Positions 49,671 to 58,795 of a stretch of DNA of 64,000 bases are shown piece after piece (the first letter of the stretch is position 1; each line of letters starts with the position of its first letter). The notes below the pieces were generated by a model. It was not told the DNA's origin. It did not search any database and saw only the letters and a program-made list of their open reading frames with translations. The DNA comes from a virus (taxonomy: Duplodnaviria > Caudoviricetes). Position numbers and translations under genes: made by a program. The stretch lies in the IMG/VR virus record IMGVR_UViG_3300032092_000001, one strand, 5' to 3'.

Positions 49671-50915
49671 TTATAATTTACCTGTTAATCTGTCACACCA
49701 ACCTTTAGATTTAGAATGTGGCCAAACTACCCAATATGTTGGTTTTTCATCTGTATTAAACTCTCTCCATATCTTACAATACCCATCAGGGTCGTTCATA
49801 ACTCTACGTATTTCATTTTCATCCGCATCCTGTCGGTGTAACGTATCATCCTTATCGTTATGAAATGCAACAACCCAAAAATCATAATCAGTTTCAGGTA
49901 CCTGTGAGTAAGCAACATCAATGCAGTGTTTAAAAACAACTGTAAATGAATTAATCCATTCGGTATCATTCTGGTATGGATATGGATTTGGTGGATAATT
50001 TTTATCTATTGTATATTTTTGTACAGCTCTTTTTGAAAATAACAAACCTGAATATTTTTCATAATCTCTTAATGTCCTTTCTTTGCCAAATCCATATTTT
50101 CCAAAATCAAGTTCGTCTTCATTATCCATACCAAAGAGGGAACGATTTTTCTTATGGGCTTTGTTATTTTTATTAACCCAATCACCATCATCATCCCATT
50201 GTTTAACTCTACCCTTTCTTGTGTATTCGTGCCAAATTAAAACTTTATGGGGATGGAATAAATCATAACCATGAGTATATGCTCTAGCTGCTATTGATAT
50301 TTCTTCTCCATGAAAATAAAATTCAGGGTCATGTTGTACTTCTACTGAAAATTTACCTAAAGTAAAACAAAAATGTGCCGAGTAAAATCTGGCAGTCACC
50401 GGCTCAGTCAGATTATTCCAATTTGGTATTGTTTCAGGTAAAAAGAATACCGCCCCCTCAGGAATAAACCTATCAAATACCATTCTCCAAGGCTCCATAG
50501 TTCTACCGTTTGGGTCGTTGTCAGGGTCAAATGAAGACACATACCCCGTCAATAGAGGTTTCTCATATCCTTTAGATTGTAAATCAACAATCATTTTAAT
50601 AAATTCATCATCCCAATTTTTGTCAAATCTCATATGAGAATCTATTTGAAGAGTATATTCTTCATTTTGATAAAGTTGTTGTATCTGATTTCTCGCCCAA
50701 CACGCACCTTTTGACTCGGTATATGGTATGTCAATAATTCTAAATCTATTATCATTACGATATTCATCTAAATTATCAAACCCATCGGTTTCACTAAATT
50801 GTCTGGCGATACCAAAAATTAAATTTTCAGGATTTTTGGCATTATCTAATGCGGAAATAATTGTAGGTATTAATTGTGGGTCTCGGTAAGAAGCTACTTG
50901 AATAAAGATTTTCAT
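49671..50915 (-). CDS. Polypeptide N-acetylglucosaminyltransferase-like (GT60 / Gnt1 family)
   Basis: IFIQVASYRDPQL, GACWARN, LQIDSHMRF (DxH), LLTGY, FYSAHFCF, FHGEEISIAARAYTHGYDLF, WHEYTR. Confidence 0.85.
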   Translation of the reverse strand: MKIFIQVASYRDPQLIPTIISALDNAKNPENLIFGIARQFSETDGFDNLDEYRNDNRFRIIDIPYTESKGACWARNQIQQLYQNEEYTLQIDSHMRFDKNWDDEFIKMIVDLQSKGYEKPLLTGYVSSFDPDNDPNGRTMEPWRMVFDRFIPEGAVFFLPETIPNWNNLTEPVTARFYSAHFCFTLGKFSVEVQHDPEFYFHGEEISIAARAYTHGYDLFHPHKVLIWHEYTRKGRVKQWDDDGDWVNKNNKAHKKNRSLFGMDNEDELDFGKYGFGKERTLRDYEKYSGLLFSKRAVQKYTIDKNYPPNPYPYQNDTEWINSFTVVFKHCIDVAYSQVPETDYDFWVVAFHNDKDDTLHRQDADENEIRRVMNDPDGYCKIWREFNTDEKPTYWVVWPHSKSKGWCDRLTGKL

Positions 50916-50996
50916 TTTAACATTTTACATTAAAAATATTAAAATAAGTTTTAAATTAAACACATCAAACAAGTTTTTATTTTAAACAATTAAAAT

Positions 50997-53900
50997 TTAT
51001 TGGCGACAAGGTTGATTTAATGAGAACATGTTGATTCTGCTTACACCTCCATTAGTAAATGATATATCACCAACAAATATTATGTTATTTTGACTTTCTA
51101 TAACGTATATTGAGGTATCTCCTTGGGATGTGTTATATCTATTGTTGTCTGCACCGGTTGTATTATTTACCACAAACCAACCTCCTGTACCCGCACCATT
51201 ATAGATATTAAAATCGCCAGCAATTAAATAATCGCCACTACTTAGTTGTAAAACTTTGTTAATCTGAGCAGTGTTTCCTGATACGTAATAAGTTCCAAAT
51301 GTGTTGTCAATGGTTCCAGTATTGTCAAATTTAACATATTGGTACGGCCAACCTGCTCCAAACGCACCCCCCATTAAATAATTTCCATCACTATCAGCAA
51401 TAATTGTTGTTGGATTGTAAGGTGTACTACCTGTAAATGATGGGTCAATTATAAACGTGTCCAAATATATACAAGCGTAACCCCTACCACCGCATAAGTC
51501 ACCATTACCATCAGTAAAGTCAAGAAAATCACCAACAAAAACTAACTGATTATAAGTAGGATTAATTACAAAATCAGAGAAAGTTCTATTTGTACCTGAA
51601 TATTCCAAATCAATTCCCATTAACACATTACCTGATGTGTCATATTTTAACAATCTTGAGGTTGTTCCAATTCTATTTAGAGCAACATAAATCTCATCAT
51701 TGTATATCTCAACTTTACTAATTGAATTACCTGAAATTATGGGTCCAAATATGTTAAACGATGAGTCAAAAGTCCATCCACCTAATCCATCACTTAAATA
51801 TCTACCAAGGGAACCATAATTAGGGCGACTATCAAATCCGGTAAATTCACCCGCAACATAGACATCATTAGTAGTTGAATCTTGACTAATTGATAGTACG
51901 GAACCTCCAACCGGATACCTGTCTAAAACATTTAATATTCTGTTATCATTATCAATTATTGCCAAATAATCATTTGATTTAGTATCAAAATTACCCCCAA
52001 CCCAATATTGGATTGTTGCGGACACTGGTTCATTTACGGCTTTAATTGTGTAATTGATACCAGAGTCAACGGTAAACCCTGTAAAAGAAGTATTTAAAAT
52101 TCCGCATGGACCCAATGAGGTAGTTGTTTGTGTAGGTGTTGGTGTTGGAGTATTTGTAGAAGTCATTGTTTGAGTAACTGTTGGAGTAGGTGTTTTAGTA
52201 CTTGTAGGTGTAATTGTGTTTGTAACCGAAGGAGTTGGGGTCGGGGTTGTTATTGGCGTTGGGGTATCACAAGAGCTAACAATTAAAATAGTGTATGCAG
52301 GCATTGAGAATACAGGTATTGTAACATTAGTGTATGGACTTGTTACATTACCAATTGATATTGGAGTGTTAGTGTTGTTTGTTATTGTAAATTGATTACC
52401 GCTACAAACAGTTGGGGTTGGCTGCCCTTCACAATAATTTAAAGCAGTAATAACCCCAATTGAGTTGGTAGTAAAATTAAAGGTGTCCGCAGTTGTTGTA
52501 TAGTTTACGGTTAAGTTATTTATTAACTCACCATTTAAATACCTCACAACGACTCCGTTAGTTAATGTATTGGCGGTAGATATTGTTAGACCACTTAAAA
52601 TTGGGTTACATGTTGAAATATTTGAAAAATCACTCCATATACCATAATAAGTTCTAAGTTGAATTGAATCTGTAGTTGGAGTTGGTGTTTTAGTACTTGT
52701 AGGTGTAATTGTATTTGTTACTGAAGGTGTCGGTGTTTTGGTATTTGTAGGAGTTAATGTTGGAGTTGGGGTTGGAGTTGGGGTTGGAGGTATTAAGTTT
52801 TTAACCTGTTGATACCCGTAAATAGTATACCCAATTAAGTTAATTCCATTTTTAGAAGTCCCTGACCAAGAATTATATACCGATAAGAAATTATTATACG
52901 CAGTTTCAAATGTATTATTTTGGAAATATGAATTCATATAAGAACTTCCTCCATGATATATTATTGCAACGTCCGCAACAGTTGATGCAGAAATTGCAGA
53001 ATCACCGATTAATGTTAATTCATCAACAATTCTATTAAACCCGTAATTTGTACTTCCTGTAAATTGATTTGTGGTTAGATAACATGCTAATAATATTCTA
53101 TCTAAATTACCAACTAAAAAGTCAGAAACTTGACTTTGGGTATTTGCCGATGTTGGGTCCTCAATTTGACCAATATACGTATCAAATTTAGTTGTAGTAC
53201 CCGATATTGTCTGATTAACTTGGTTTACGTACACTTTCCAAGTATTAAATTGGACAGTCCCCGCATTTGGGTAATTCCAAAACTCATTCTCTAAATTGAA
53301 ATAATCATACTTTTGAGAGTTGGTTGTACAACCTGTGTTATAACTTAATCTTGAGTTTGAAAGTGAACTAATTAAAGAATTAGAACTTCCTCCAATACCC
53401 CCAATAATATCTACTCCGTAATATCTAACATTAGTATTAAATGCCCTTACCGCAGTTCTACCTGAACTTGTTGATAATATCCCATTTAAATCATAACAAT
53501 AGATTGTATTGAATCCTTGTGATTGGATAAAGTTATAAAGTGTTATTTCTTCAGTATTATTACCAATAATTGTATTAAAATCATTGATATATAACGCTCT
53601 AACTAAATCTAAAGGAGTACTTGTTGATGACGGAGTCACTGTTGGTGTAGGTGTTGCAGTTGGGGTTGGATTAGAAGTAGTTGTAGGAGTGATTGACGGT
53701 GTTGGAGTATTTGTTGCGGTTGGTGTTGGCGTTGGAGTCCTTGTTTGTGATGGTGTCGGTGGTATAACCTCAAATATTAACTTGGTATCACCAGTTTGAT
53801 TAAATCCTGAAAGATTTAATCCAAATTCCCCATTAAATAAGTTATAATCAACATCATATACTTGTGTAGTAGACGCTGAGAATGAACCAGGTGGTATGTT

Positions 53901-56144
53901 TAATACCGACGTACCTGTATATGTTATTCCTGATATGGTATTAATTGAACCACTAAACGTTACGTCAAAATTAATTGGGAACACAATATCTGAAACAACT
54001 GTGTAGTTCGCAATAACAGAGCCTGGTTCAAAATCAACTGTAATATCTAAGTCAACTCCTGTAATTGTATCAATATACAAACTCAAAGTTTGGTCTATGT
54101 CAGGGAAATAAAAATAATAAGTACCATTACCATCATTTGTTGGACTATACGAATATGGGAATTCGTTATTTTCACTTTGTCCTACTCTATATATTTCACC
54201 ATTGGGTAAAGCTGAGAAATCAAATGTATAACCTGATAATAACTCAGAATCAAATATTATTGTATTATCACTTACAGTAAAAGATATGTCATTAACCAAT
54301 GTATCGTCACAACTAGGACATCTATGGTTAAACATATTAAACTTATTTACATTAAGTTCAAAGTTATGAACCACTTCAGGATAACTAATTGGTTTAGTAT
54401 ACATTCTAAATTGTGAGATAGCCCCATCAAATGTGCCGGCAAATGTTGGTTCTAATAATATGTCAGTTGTCAATCCTGAATATGATGAATTTTCTAATAA
54501 CCAATCAGGCATAACCTGAGGTACTTGTACGTAGTCAGTTGTACCGGCTGAGAATGATAAACTTTCTCTTAATCCTTGTGTTCCACCTCCCCAAGAAATA
54601 TTAAACGGTGCTCCGATTTGTTTTTCTTTTTCAGTGTGTAACGCTCTTGGGATTACTTCTTCAAACCCATTGATTACAAAAAACAATCTACCATTAATGT
54701 AAATTTTAAGAGAACCTAATCTAAAATCTTTCTCAACTATCCACGCTTCATTAATTCCCAATACTGTAACACTCTGGTCACAATATCCCGGAGTCTTACC
54801 TGAGGTGTTAATTAATTCCAAATCAGGTAATACGTACGTATCATTAGTTATTGAGCCCAACCCTCCAAATTTTTCAATGTCGGCATCGTCATAAAAATTA
54901 TTTCTCTCCCATATGCAGTCAACTTGGAACCAGTGTTCTTTATTTAGATAATCAGGATTTTCTTCTGCACAATAATCAAATATTTTATTTGTTGAACAAT
55001 ACTCCTCAATTGTATATCCACTCAATATCTTTGTTAAATCAGTCTCACATGGTAAAATACCATCAACAGTTGTTGTTGCAGTAACAGTTTCAACAATGGT
55101 TTGCGCGGTGAGTTTTAAAACTTTAACACAAACATTTGGATTTGACATATCCCCTTTTAACCTTAATGCGAAGTTATTTGACATTGAGTCCAATAACGGA
55201 GTACCACTAACACTCATACTAAATGTTCCTGCAGTGCTTGCAGTTAAAACAACCTCACTTGGATTAAATTTTGTGGTTTGGGTGTAAACATCCACACATC
55301 TTGAATTTGTATTGCCCGTTTCAGAACAACTGCAACTAGTTATACCTGTTAAACTACTATCATTATAATAGAACTTGTTTTCCGCTCTGGCACCAAAATA
55401 GAAAAATATGTTTGAATTATCAGGATAAACATCATTTAATGTGACCTGACCTGGCTCAGGAGAATACTGATTTTGTTGACGAGCTTTTAATATCATTTCA
55501 ACCGACCATCCTTTGTTAGTTCGGTTCGGAAATGCTTCGTAATCGTATCCAAATAATTGGAAGAACCCTTGGTAAAACCCTCCATACAAATGATGGTATT
55601 CCCCAAATATATTACTATTTTTTGAAACCACTTCATATACTGTTTGAGCAGTATTCGCCGAAAATCTGACATTTGGAGAGTTAGTATACCCAGTTACTTG
55701 AAATAATTTTAATCTTCTATCAAATGTGTATCTATCAAATGCTAACGCAGAATTTGTTAATCCATTAGTGTATGAAATTGTCATACCTGTCATTTCAGGT
55801 ACTAATCCATTATCAATCCCTGTTAACCCAATATCGCACAATGTTTGAGCAGTAATTAAATATAAATTTTCATTGTTTGGATTATAATAATTCTTTGAAA
55901 TTAGAGTATTTCCAGAATTAAACGTTCCGTAATTTAAATCCAATTTTTGGTTGCAATAATATGAATCCAAATCAAAATAGATTGGTAAAACATTTCCATC
56001 GTTTTCACCAATGATATAGGGGGATAAAGCAACCTCTTCATTAAAACTTTTCTCATCTGAGGCAATTGACACATCAAATAATCTTGGGACAGATTTGACA
56101 TACCATTTCTTAAAATTATATTGATTAATATTCTGTTGGGTCAT
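50997..56144 (-). CDS. Large modular virion protein: LamG-like region, PT linkers, GH18-like barrel, beta-propeller repeats
   Basis: GWSVE...FDGAISQFRMYTKPIS (LamG-like); three PT-rich tracts; YDYFNLENE; repeated (V/A)GG/GDF propeller blades; TATTTAT element at 56152. Confidence 0.7.
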   Translation of the reverse strand: MTQQNINQYNFKKWYVKSVPRLFDVSIASDEKSFNEEVALSPYIIGENDGNVLPIYFDLDSYYCNQKLDLNYGTFNSGNTLISKNYYNPNNENLYLITAQTLCDIGLTGIDNGLVPEMTGMTISYTNGLTNSALAFDRYTFDRRLKLFQVTGYTNSPNVRFSANTAQTVYEVVSKNSNIFGEYHHLYGGFYQGFFQLFGYDYEAFPNRTNKGWSVEMILKARQQNQYSPEPGQVTLNDVYPDNSNIFFYFGARAENKFYYNDSSLTGITSCSCSETGNTNSRCVDVYTQTTKFNPSEVVLTASTAGTFSMSVSGTPLLDSMSNNFALRLKGDMSNPNVCVKVLKLTAQTIVETVTATTTVDGILPCETDLTKILSGYTIEEYCSTNKIFDYCAEENPDYLNKEHWFQVDCIWERNNFYDDADIEKFGGLGSITNDTYVLPDLELINTSGKTPGYCDQSVTVLGINEAWIVEKDFRLGSLKIYINGRLFFVINGFEEVIPRALHTEKEKQIGAPFNISWGGGTQGLRESLSFSAGTTDYVQVPQVMPDWLLENSSYSGLTTDILLEPTFAGTFDGAISQFRMYTKPISYPEVVHNFELNVNKFNMFNHRCPSCDDTLVNDISFTVSDNTIIFDSELLSGYTFDFSALPNGEIYRVGQSENNEFPYSYSPTNDGNGTYYFYFPDIDQTLSLYIDTITGVDLDITVDFEPGSVIANYTVVSDIVFPINFDVTFSGSINTISGITYTGTSVLNIPPGSFSASTTQVYDVDYNLFNGEFGLNLSGFNQTGDTKLIFEVIPPTPSQTRTPTPTPTATNTPTPSITPTTTSNPTPTATPTPTVTPSSTSTPLDLVRALYINDFNTIIGNNTEEITLYNFIQSQGFNTIYCYDLNGILSTSSGRTAVRAFNTNVRYYGVDIIGGIGGSSNSLISSLSNSRLSYNTGCTTNSQKYDYFNLENEFWNYPNAGTVQFNTWKVYVNQVNQTISGTTTKFDTYIGQIEDPTSANTQSQVSDFLVGNLDRILLACYLTTNQFTGSTNYGFNRIVDELTLIGDSAISASTVADVAIIYHGGSSYMNSYFQNNTFETAYNNFLSVYNSWSGTSKNGINLIGYTIYGYQQVKNLIPPTPTPTPTPTLTPTNTKTPTPSVTNTITPTSTKTPTPTTDSIQLRTYYGIWSDFSNISTCNPILSGLTISTANTLTNGVVVRYLNGELINNLTVNYTTTADTFNFTTNSIGVITALNYCEGQPTPTVCSGNQFTITNNTNTPISIGNVTSPYTNVTIPVFSMPAYTILIVSSCDTPTPITTPTPTPSVTNTITPTSTKTPTPTVTQTMTSTNTPTPTPTQTTTSLGPCGILNTSFTGFTVDSGINYTIKAVNEPVSATIQYWVGGNFDTKSNDYLAIIDNDNRILNVLDRYPVGGSVLSISQDSTTNDVYVAGEFTGFDSRPNYGSLGRYLSDGLGGWTFDSSFNIFGPIISGNSISKVEIYNDEIYVALNRIGTTSRLLKYDTSGNVLMGIDLEYSGTNRTFSDFVINPTYNQLVFVGDFLDFTDGNGDLCGGRGYACIYLDTFIIDPSFTGSTPYNPTTIIADSDGNYLMGGAFGAGWPYQYVKFDNTGTIDNTFGTYYVSGNTAQINKVLQLSSGDYLIAGDFNIYNGAGTGGWFVVNNTTGADNNRYNTSQGDTSIYVIESQNNIIFVGDISFTNGGVSRINMFSLNQPCRQ
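52121..53763 (-). repeat. Three Pro/Thr-rich mucin-like coding tracts (about 52121-52265, 52671-52790, 53613-53763)
   Basis: PTPTPTATNTPTPSITPTTTSNPTPTATPTPT; PTPSVTNTITPTSTKTPTPT occurs in two tracts. Confidence 0.9.
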
Positions 56145-56191
56145 TTGTATGATAAATAGTTAAATAGGAGTATTTATATATAAAAACTAAA

Positions 56192-57022
56192 ATGGATTTT
56201 TCAAAAGAGTATTTTAATTCTCCGTACTACTTCTACATTAAGGAGGGTAAGAATGATATTTACGTATATTTTAATGTTAGTAATACTTTAACTGAAGCAA
56301 GAAAAAAAGATGAAGTGGTGAAATTTGATAAAAAATATAAAAAGGAAGTTGAGGGGGAGTTATCAAAAATTCAAAAAGATAAAAAGTTGAAAACAACAAA
56401 AGATGTTAAAAACAAATTATCTAAAAAGAAAAATGAATTAGAGGAGTTAGTGGATTACGATGGAACATTTTTAAGTTCTAAAATACCAATTCACAATCCT
56501 TATTTATCACCAAAGGGCACTACGGACCAAGAAATTGTAATGAATAGACAAACTAATAATCCTGTAACAAGAGGATATAGAGTTTATTGGGGTGAGGGTA
56601 CTGAAAATGAAGAAGATGTTATTAGTGAGATTGATTTCTCAGACGCATTTGGGTATGAGGAAACAGAAGATAAAGATTATAAAGACACTGTAAAAACACT
56701 TAAAGATATGGGTGTTGAGAATGCGCCTGAAAGAGCCAAGGAATTTGGTAAAATACCAAAAGTGAAAAAGCATAATGGTAAATTAAAACAAAGATTGTCA
56801 GAGAAGGAACAAATTGAAGAGACTAAAAAAGAAAAGATGAAGAAAATGGTTGAGGATATTGTTTTAAATAAAAAATCTTCAAACAAAGACATAGGTAAAA
56901 AAAATACAAATAAAGGATTAAGTAAAATTCTTTCAAAAAATATTGAAAACATTAAAAAATTGGCAGATAAAGAGGGTATCAAAATAACTGATTTAATTAA
57001 AATTTTGAAAGGAAGTGAATAG
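56192..57022 (+). CDS. Hypothetical Lys/Glu-rich protein
   Basis: 276-aa ORF, divergent from fibre operon, TATTTATA at 56171. Confidence 0.75.
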   Translation: MDFSKEYFNSPYYFYIKEGKNDIYVYFNVSNTLTEARKKDEVVKFDKKYKKEVEGELSKIQKDKKLKTTKDVKNKLSKKKNELEELVDYDGTFLSSKIPIHNPYLSPKGTTDQEIVMNRQTNNPVTRGYRVYWGEGTENEEDVISEIDFSDAFGYEETEDKDYKDTVKTLKDMGVENAPERAKEFGKIPKVKKHNGKLKQRLSEKEQIEETKKEKMKKMVEDIVLNKKSSNKDIGKKNTNKGLSKILSKNIENIKKLADKEGIKITDLIKILKGSE

Positions 57023-57428
57023 TAAATTATACGGAAAAACTTACGAAATCCCAAGTGATGTTTTGTCAAAACTTGAACCATTCAAGTCTGAAAAAACTAT
57101 TGCGAATTTATTATCTAAGGGTACCATCACATATCAGAATATTAAAAAGATTATTCATGATATGGAAAATGGAGAATTGGATAAATTAGGTGGAAATGAC
57201 TTTAAATCTTGGTTAGACCTAACTCTTACGTCTGATAAAGACAGAGTTCATGGTTCTAAAGAAATTAGAAAAAATGGTGGAATGGAAAACCAATTCATCA
57301 AACCACACGAGAAAAAAGAAGTTAATGTACGACCAAGTCAAAGACATGAAAAATCAATAAACAAATACGATAGCTCGGTTATTGAGAGTTTACAAAGAAT
57401 AAACGAAATAATGAAAAAAACATTATAA
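57015..57428 (+). CDS. Hypothetical protein; GTG start
   Basis: 137-aa ORF overlapping the previous stop. Confidence 0.7.
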   Translation: MNSKLYGKTYEIPSDVLSKLEPFKSEKTIANLLSKGTITYQNIKKIIHDMENGELDKLGGNDFKSWLDLTLTSDKDRVHGSKEIRKNGGMENQFIKPHEKKEVNVRPSQRHEKSINKYDSSVIESLQRINEIMKKTL

Positions 57429-57430
57429 TT

Positions 57431-57721
57431 ATGGCACAATACGAACCTTTAAATTACGAACAACCTGAAAATAAATTAACAGCAATTGCTGATAAGATTA
57501 GAAAGGATTTGATTACTAAAAATGATTTCACTCAAAGAAAAAATGAATATGGAGTCACCAACTCAGACGCAATTTCTGACGGAGACTTACAAGGTAAAGG
57601 TACTGGAATATTCTTAGATACCTTCAATGGTGGTAATTCAGTGGATAAAGTTGAAAGGGTTGATGATATTAAAATTAACCAATATAACTCATCTAAACCT
57701 TACAATATTAATCCCCAGTAA
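57431..57721 (+). CDS. Hypothetical protein
   Basis: 96-aa ORF in packed operon. Confidence 0.7.
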   Translation: MAQYEPLNYEQPENKLTAIADKIRKDLITKNDFTQRKNEYGVTNSDAISDGDLQGKGTGIFLDTFNGGNSVDKVERVDDIKINQYNSSKPYNINPQ

Positions 57722-58122
57722 TGAAACTTTACAACGTCATAAAACAACTTATATTTGAAGCAAGTGCTGACGATATTTCTAATTCTATAAGAAATAGAAA
57801 TGTTGTAACCATTTACTACGATGGTGATGACGATGGGAAGTATACTGGTAAAGGATTACGTGTGATTGAACCATTCTGTTACGGTAAATCCAAAAAAGGA
57901 AATATGGTAATTAGAGCGTGGGAAAGAGAAGGGGCATCTTATACAGGTTCAAAAGGAGAACAACCATTACCTGGTTGGAGATTATTTAGGGTTGATAGAA
58001 TTGGTAACTATTCTGTGGACCCAAGAGAAACTTTTAATGAACCTAAACCAAATTATAATCCTGATGACAAAGGTATGGTAGGACTAAAAAAATGTGTAAA
58101 ATTTGATATAGAAAATGAATGA
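57721..58122 (+). CDS. Stand-alone WYL-domain protein
   Basis: VTIYY...RVIEPFCYG...VIRAW...WRLFRVDRI. Confidence 0.8.
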   Translation: MKLYNVIKQLIFEASADDISNSIRNRNVVTIYYDGDDDGKYTGKGLRVIEPFCYGKSKKGNMVIRAWEREGASYTGSKGEQPLPGWRLFRVDRIGNYSVDPRETFNEPKPNYNPDDKGMVGLKKCVKFDIENE

Positions 58123-58705
58123 TTTAATGCAAAAATTAATGATATCCAAACAGATAATGGATAGACATGATACTATGGGTAGAGGACAAAATAGTTCGGG
58201 TAACTACAACACTCAGATTTCTGAAAGTACTGTTCCCCAATCATTTAATGAGACTCCAATTCCCGCAACATATAATATACCACAAGAATTTTTACAAACG
58301 ACTCAATCGGTACAACCAAAACAAGTTCCAATAACCGAAGATAGAATTAAAAATTCAAAATTACCAGATGCAATAAAAAAATTGATGATGGAACACCCAA
58401 TACAACAACCTCAATCTTATCAACCAACAATTTCAAATGATATCATTGAGAAAGCATCAAGACTAATGGGTGAAAATAAACAAATTACTCAAACATCTCA
58501 AACAGTTAATACCAAACAACCACAACAATCTTTTGGATTAAGTGCTTCTGATATTAAACAAATTGTTAGAGAGACTGTTGAGGAGGTTTTAACTGAGAAT
58601 GGATTAATGGTGGAATCAACTCAAAAGACTAATGAAACAATGACAATTAGAGTTGGTAAACATATTTTTGAAGGAAAAATATCTAAAATTAAAAAGACAT
58701 CGTAA
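58115..58705 (+). CDS. Hypothetical Gln/Pro/Thr-rich protein
   Basis: 196-aa ORF ending just before terminator. Confidence 0.7.
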   Translation: MNDLMQKLMISKQIMDRHDTMGRGQNSSGNYNTQISESTVPQSFNETPIPATYNIPQEFLQTTQSVQPKQVPITEDRIKNSKLPDAIKKLMMEHPIQQPQSYQPTISNDIIEKASRLMGENKQITQTSQTVNTKQPQQSFGLSASDIKQIVRETVEEVLTENGLMVESTQKTNETMTIRVGKHIFEGKISKIKKTS

Positions 58706-58726
58706 GAAATTACATTTAATTTATTT

Positions 58727-58750
58727 AAAGTCCCTTTTTGGGACTTTTTT
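58727..58750 (+). terminator. Intrinsic terminator
   Basis: AAAGTCCC-TTTTT-GGGACTTT followed by a T-run. Confidence 0.8.
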
Positions 58751-58759
58751 ATTTTATAG

Positions 58760-58788
58760 TTGAATTATTAATAGTGTTTAACTATTAT
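58760..58788 (+). promoter_or_regulatory. Sigma70-type promoter of second glycosyltransferase cluster
   Basis: TTGAAT-17 nt-TATTAT directly after terminator, 7 nt before ATG 58796. Confidence 0.6.
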
Positions 58789-58795
58789 TATTCCT

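Noticed and set aside
50916-50996. Possible independent promoter for the first glycosyltransferase cassette
   Set aside because: Only weak matches (TTGATG-16 nt-TATTTT) in very AT-rich sequence; not distinguishable from chance.
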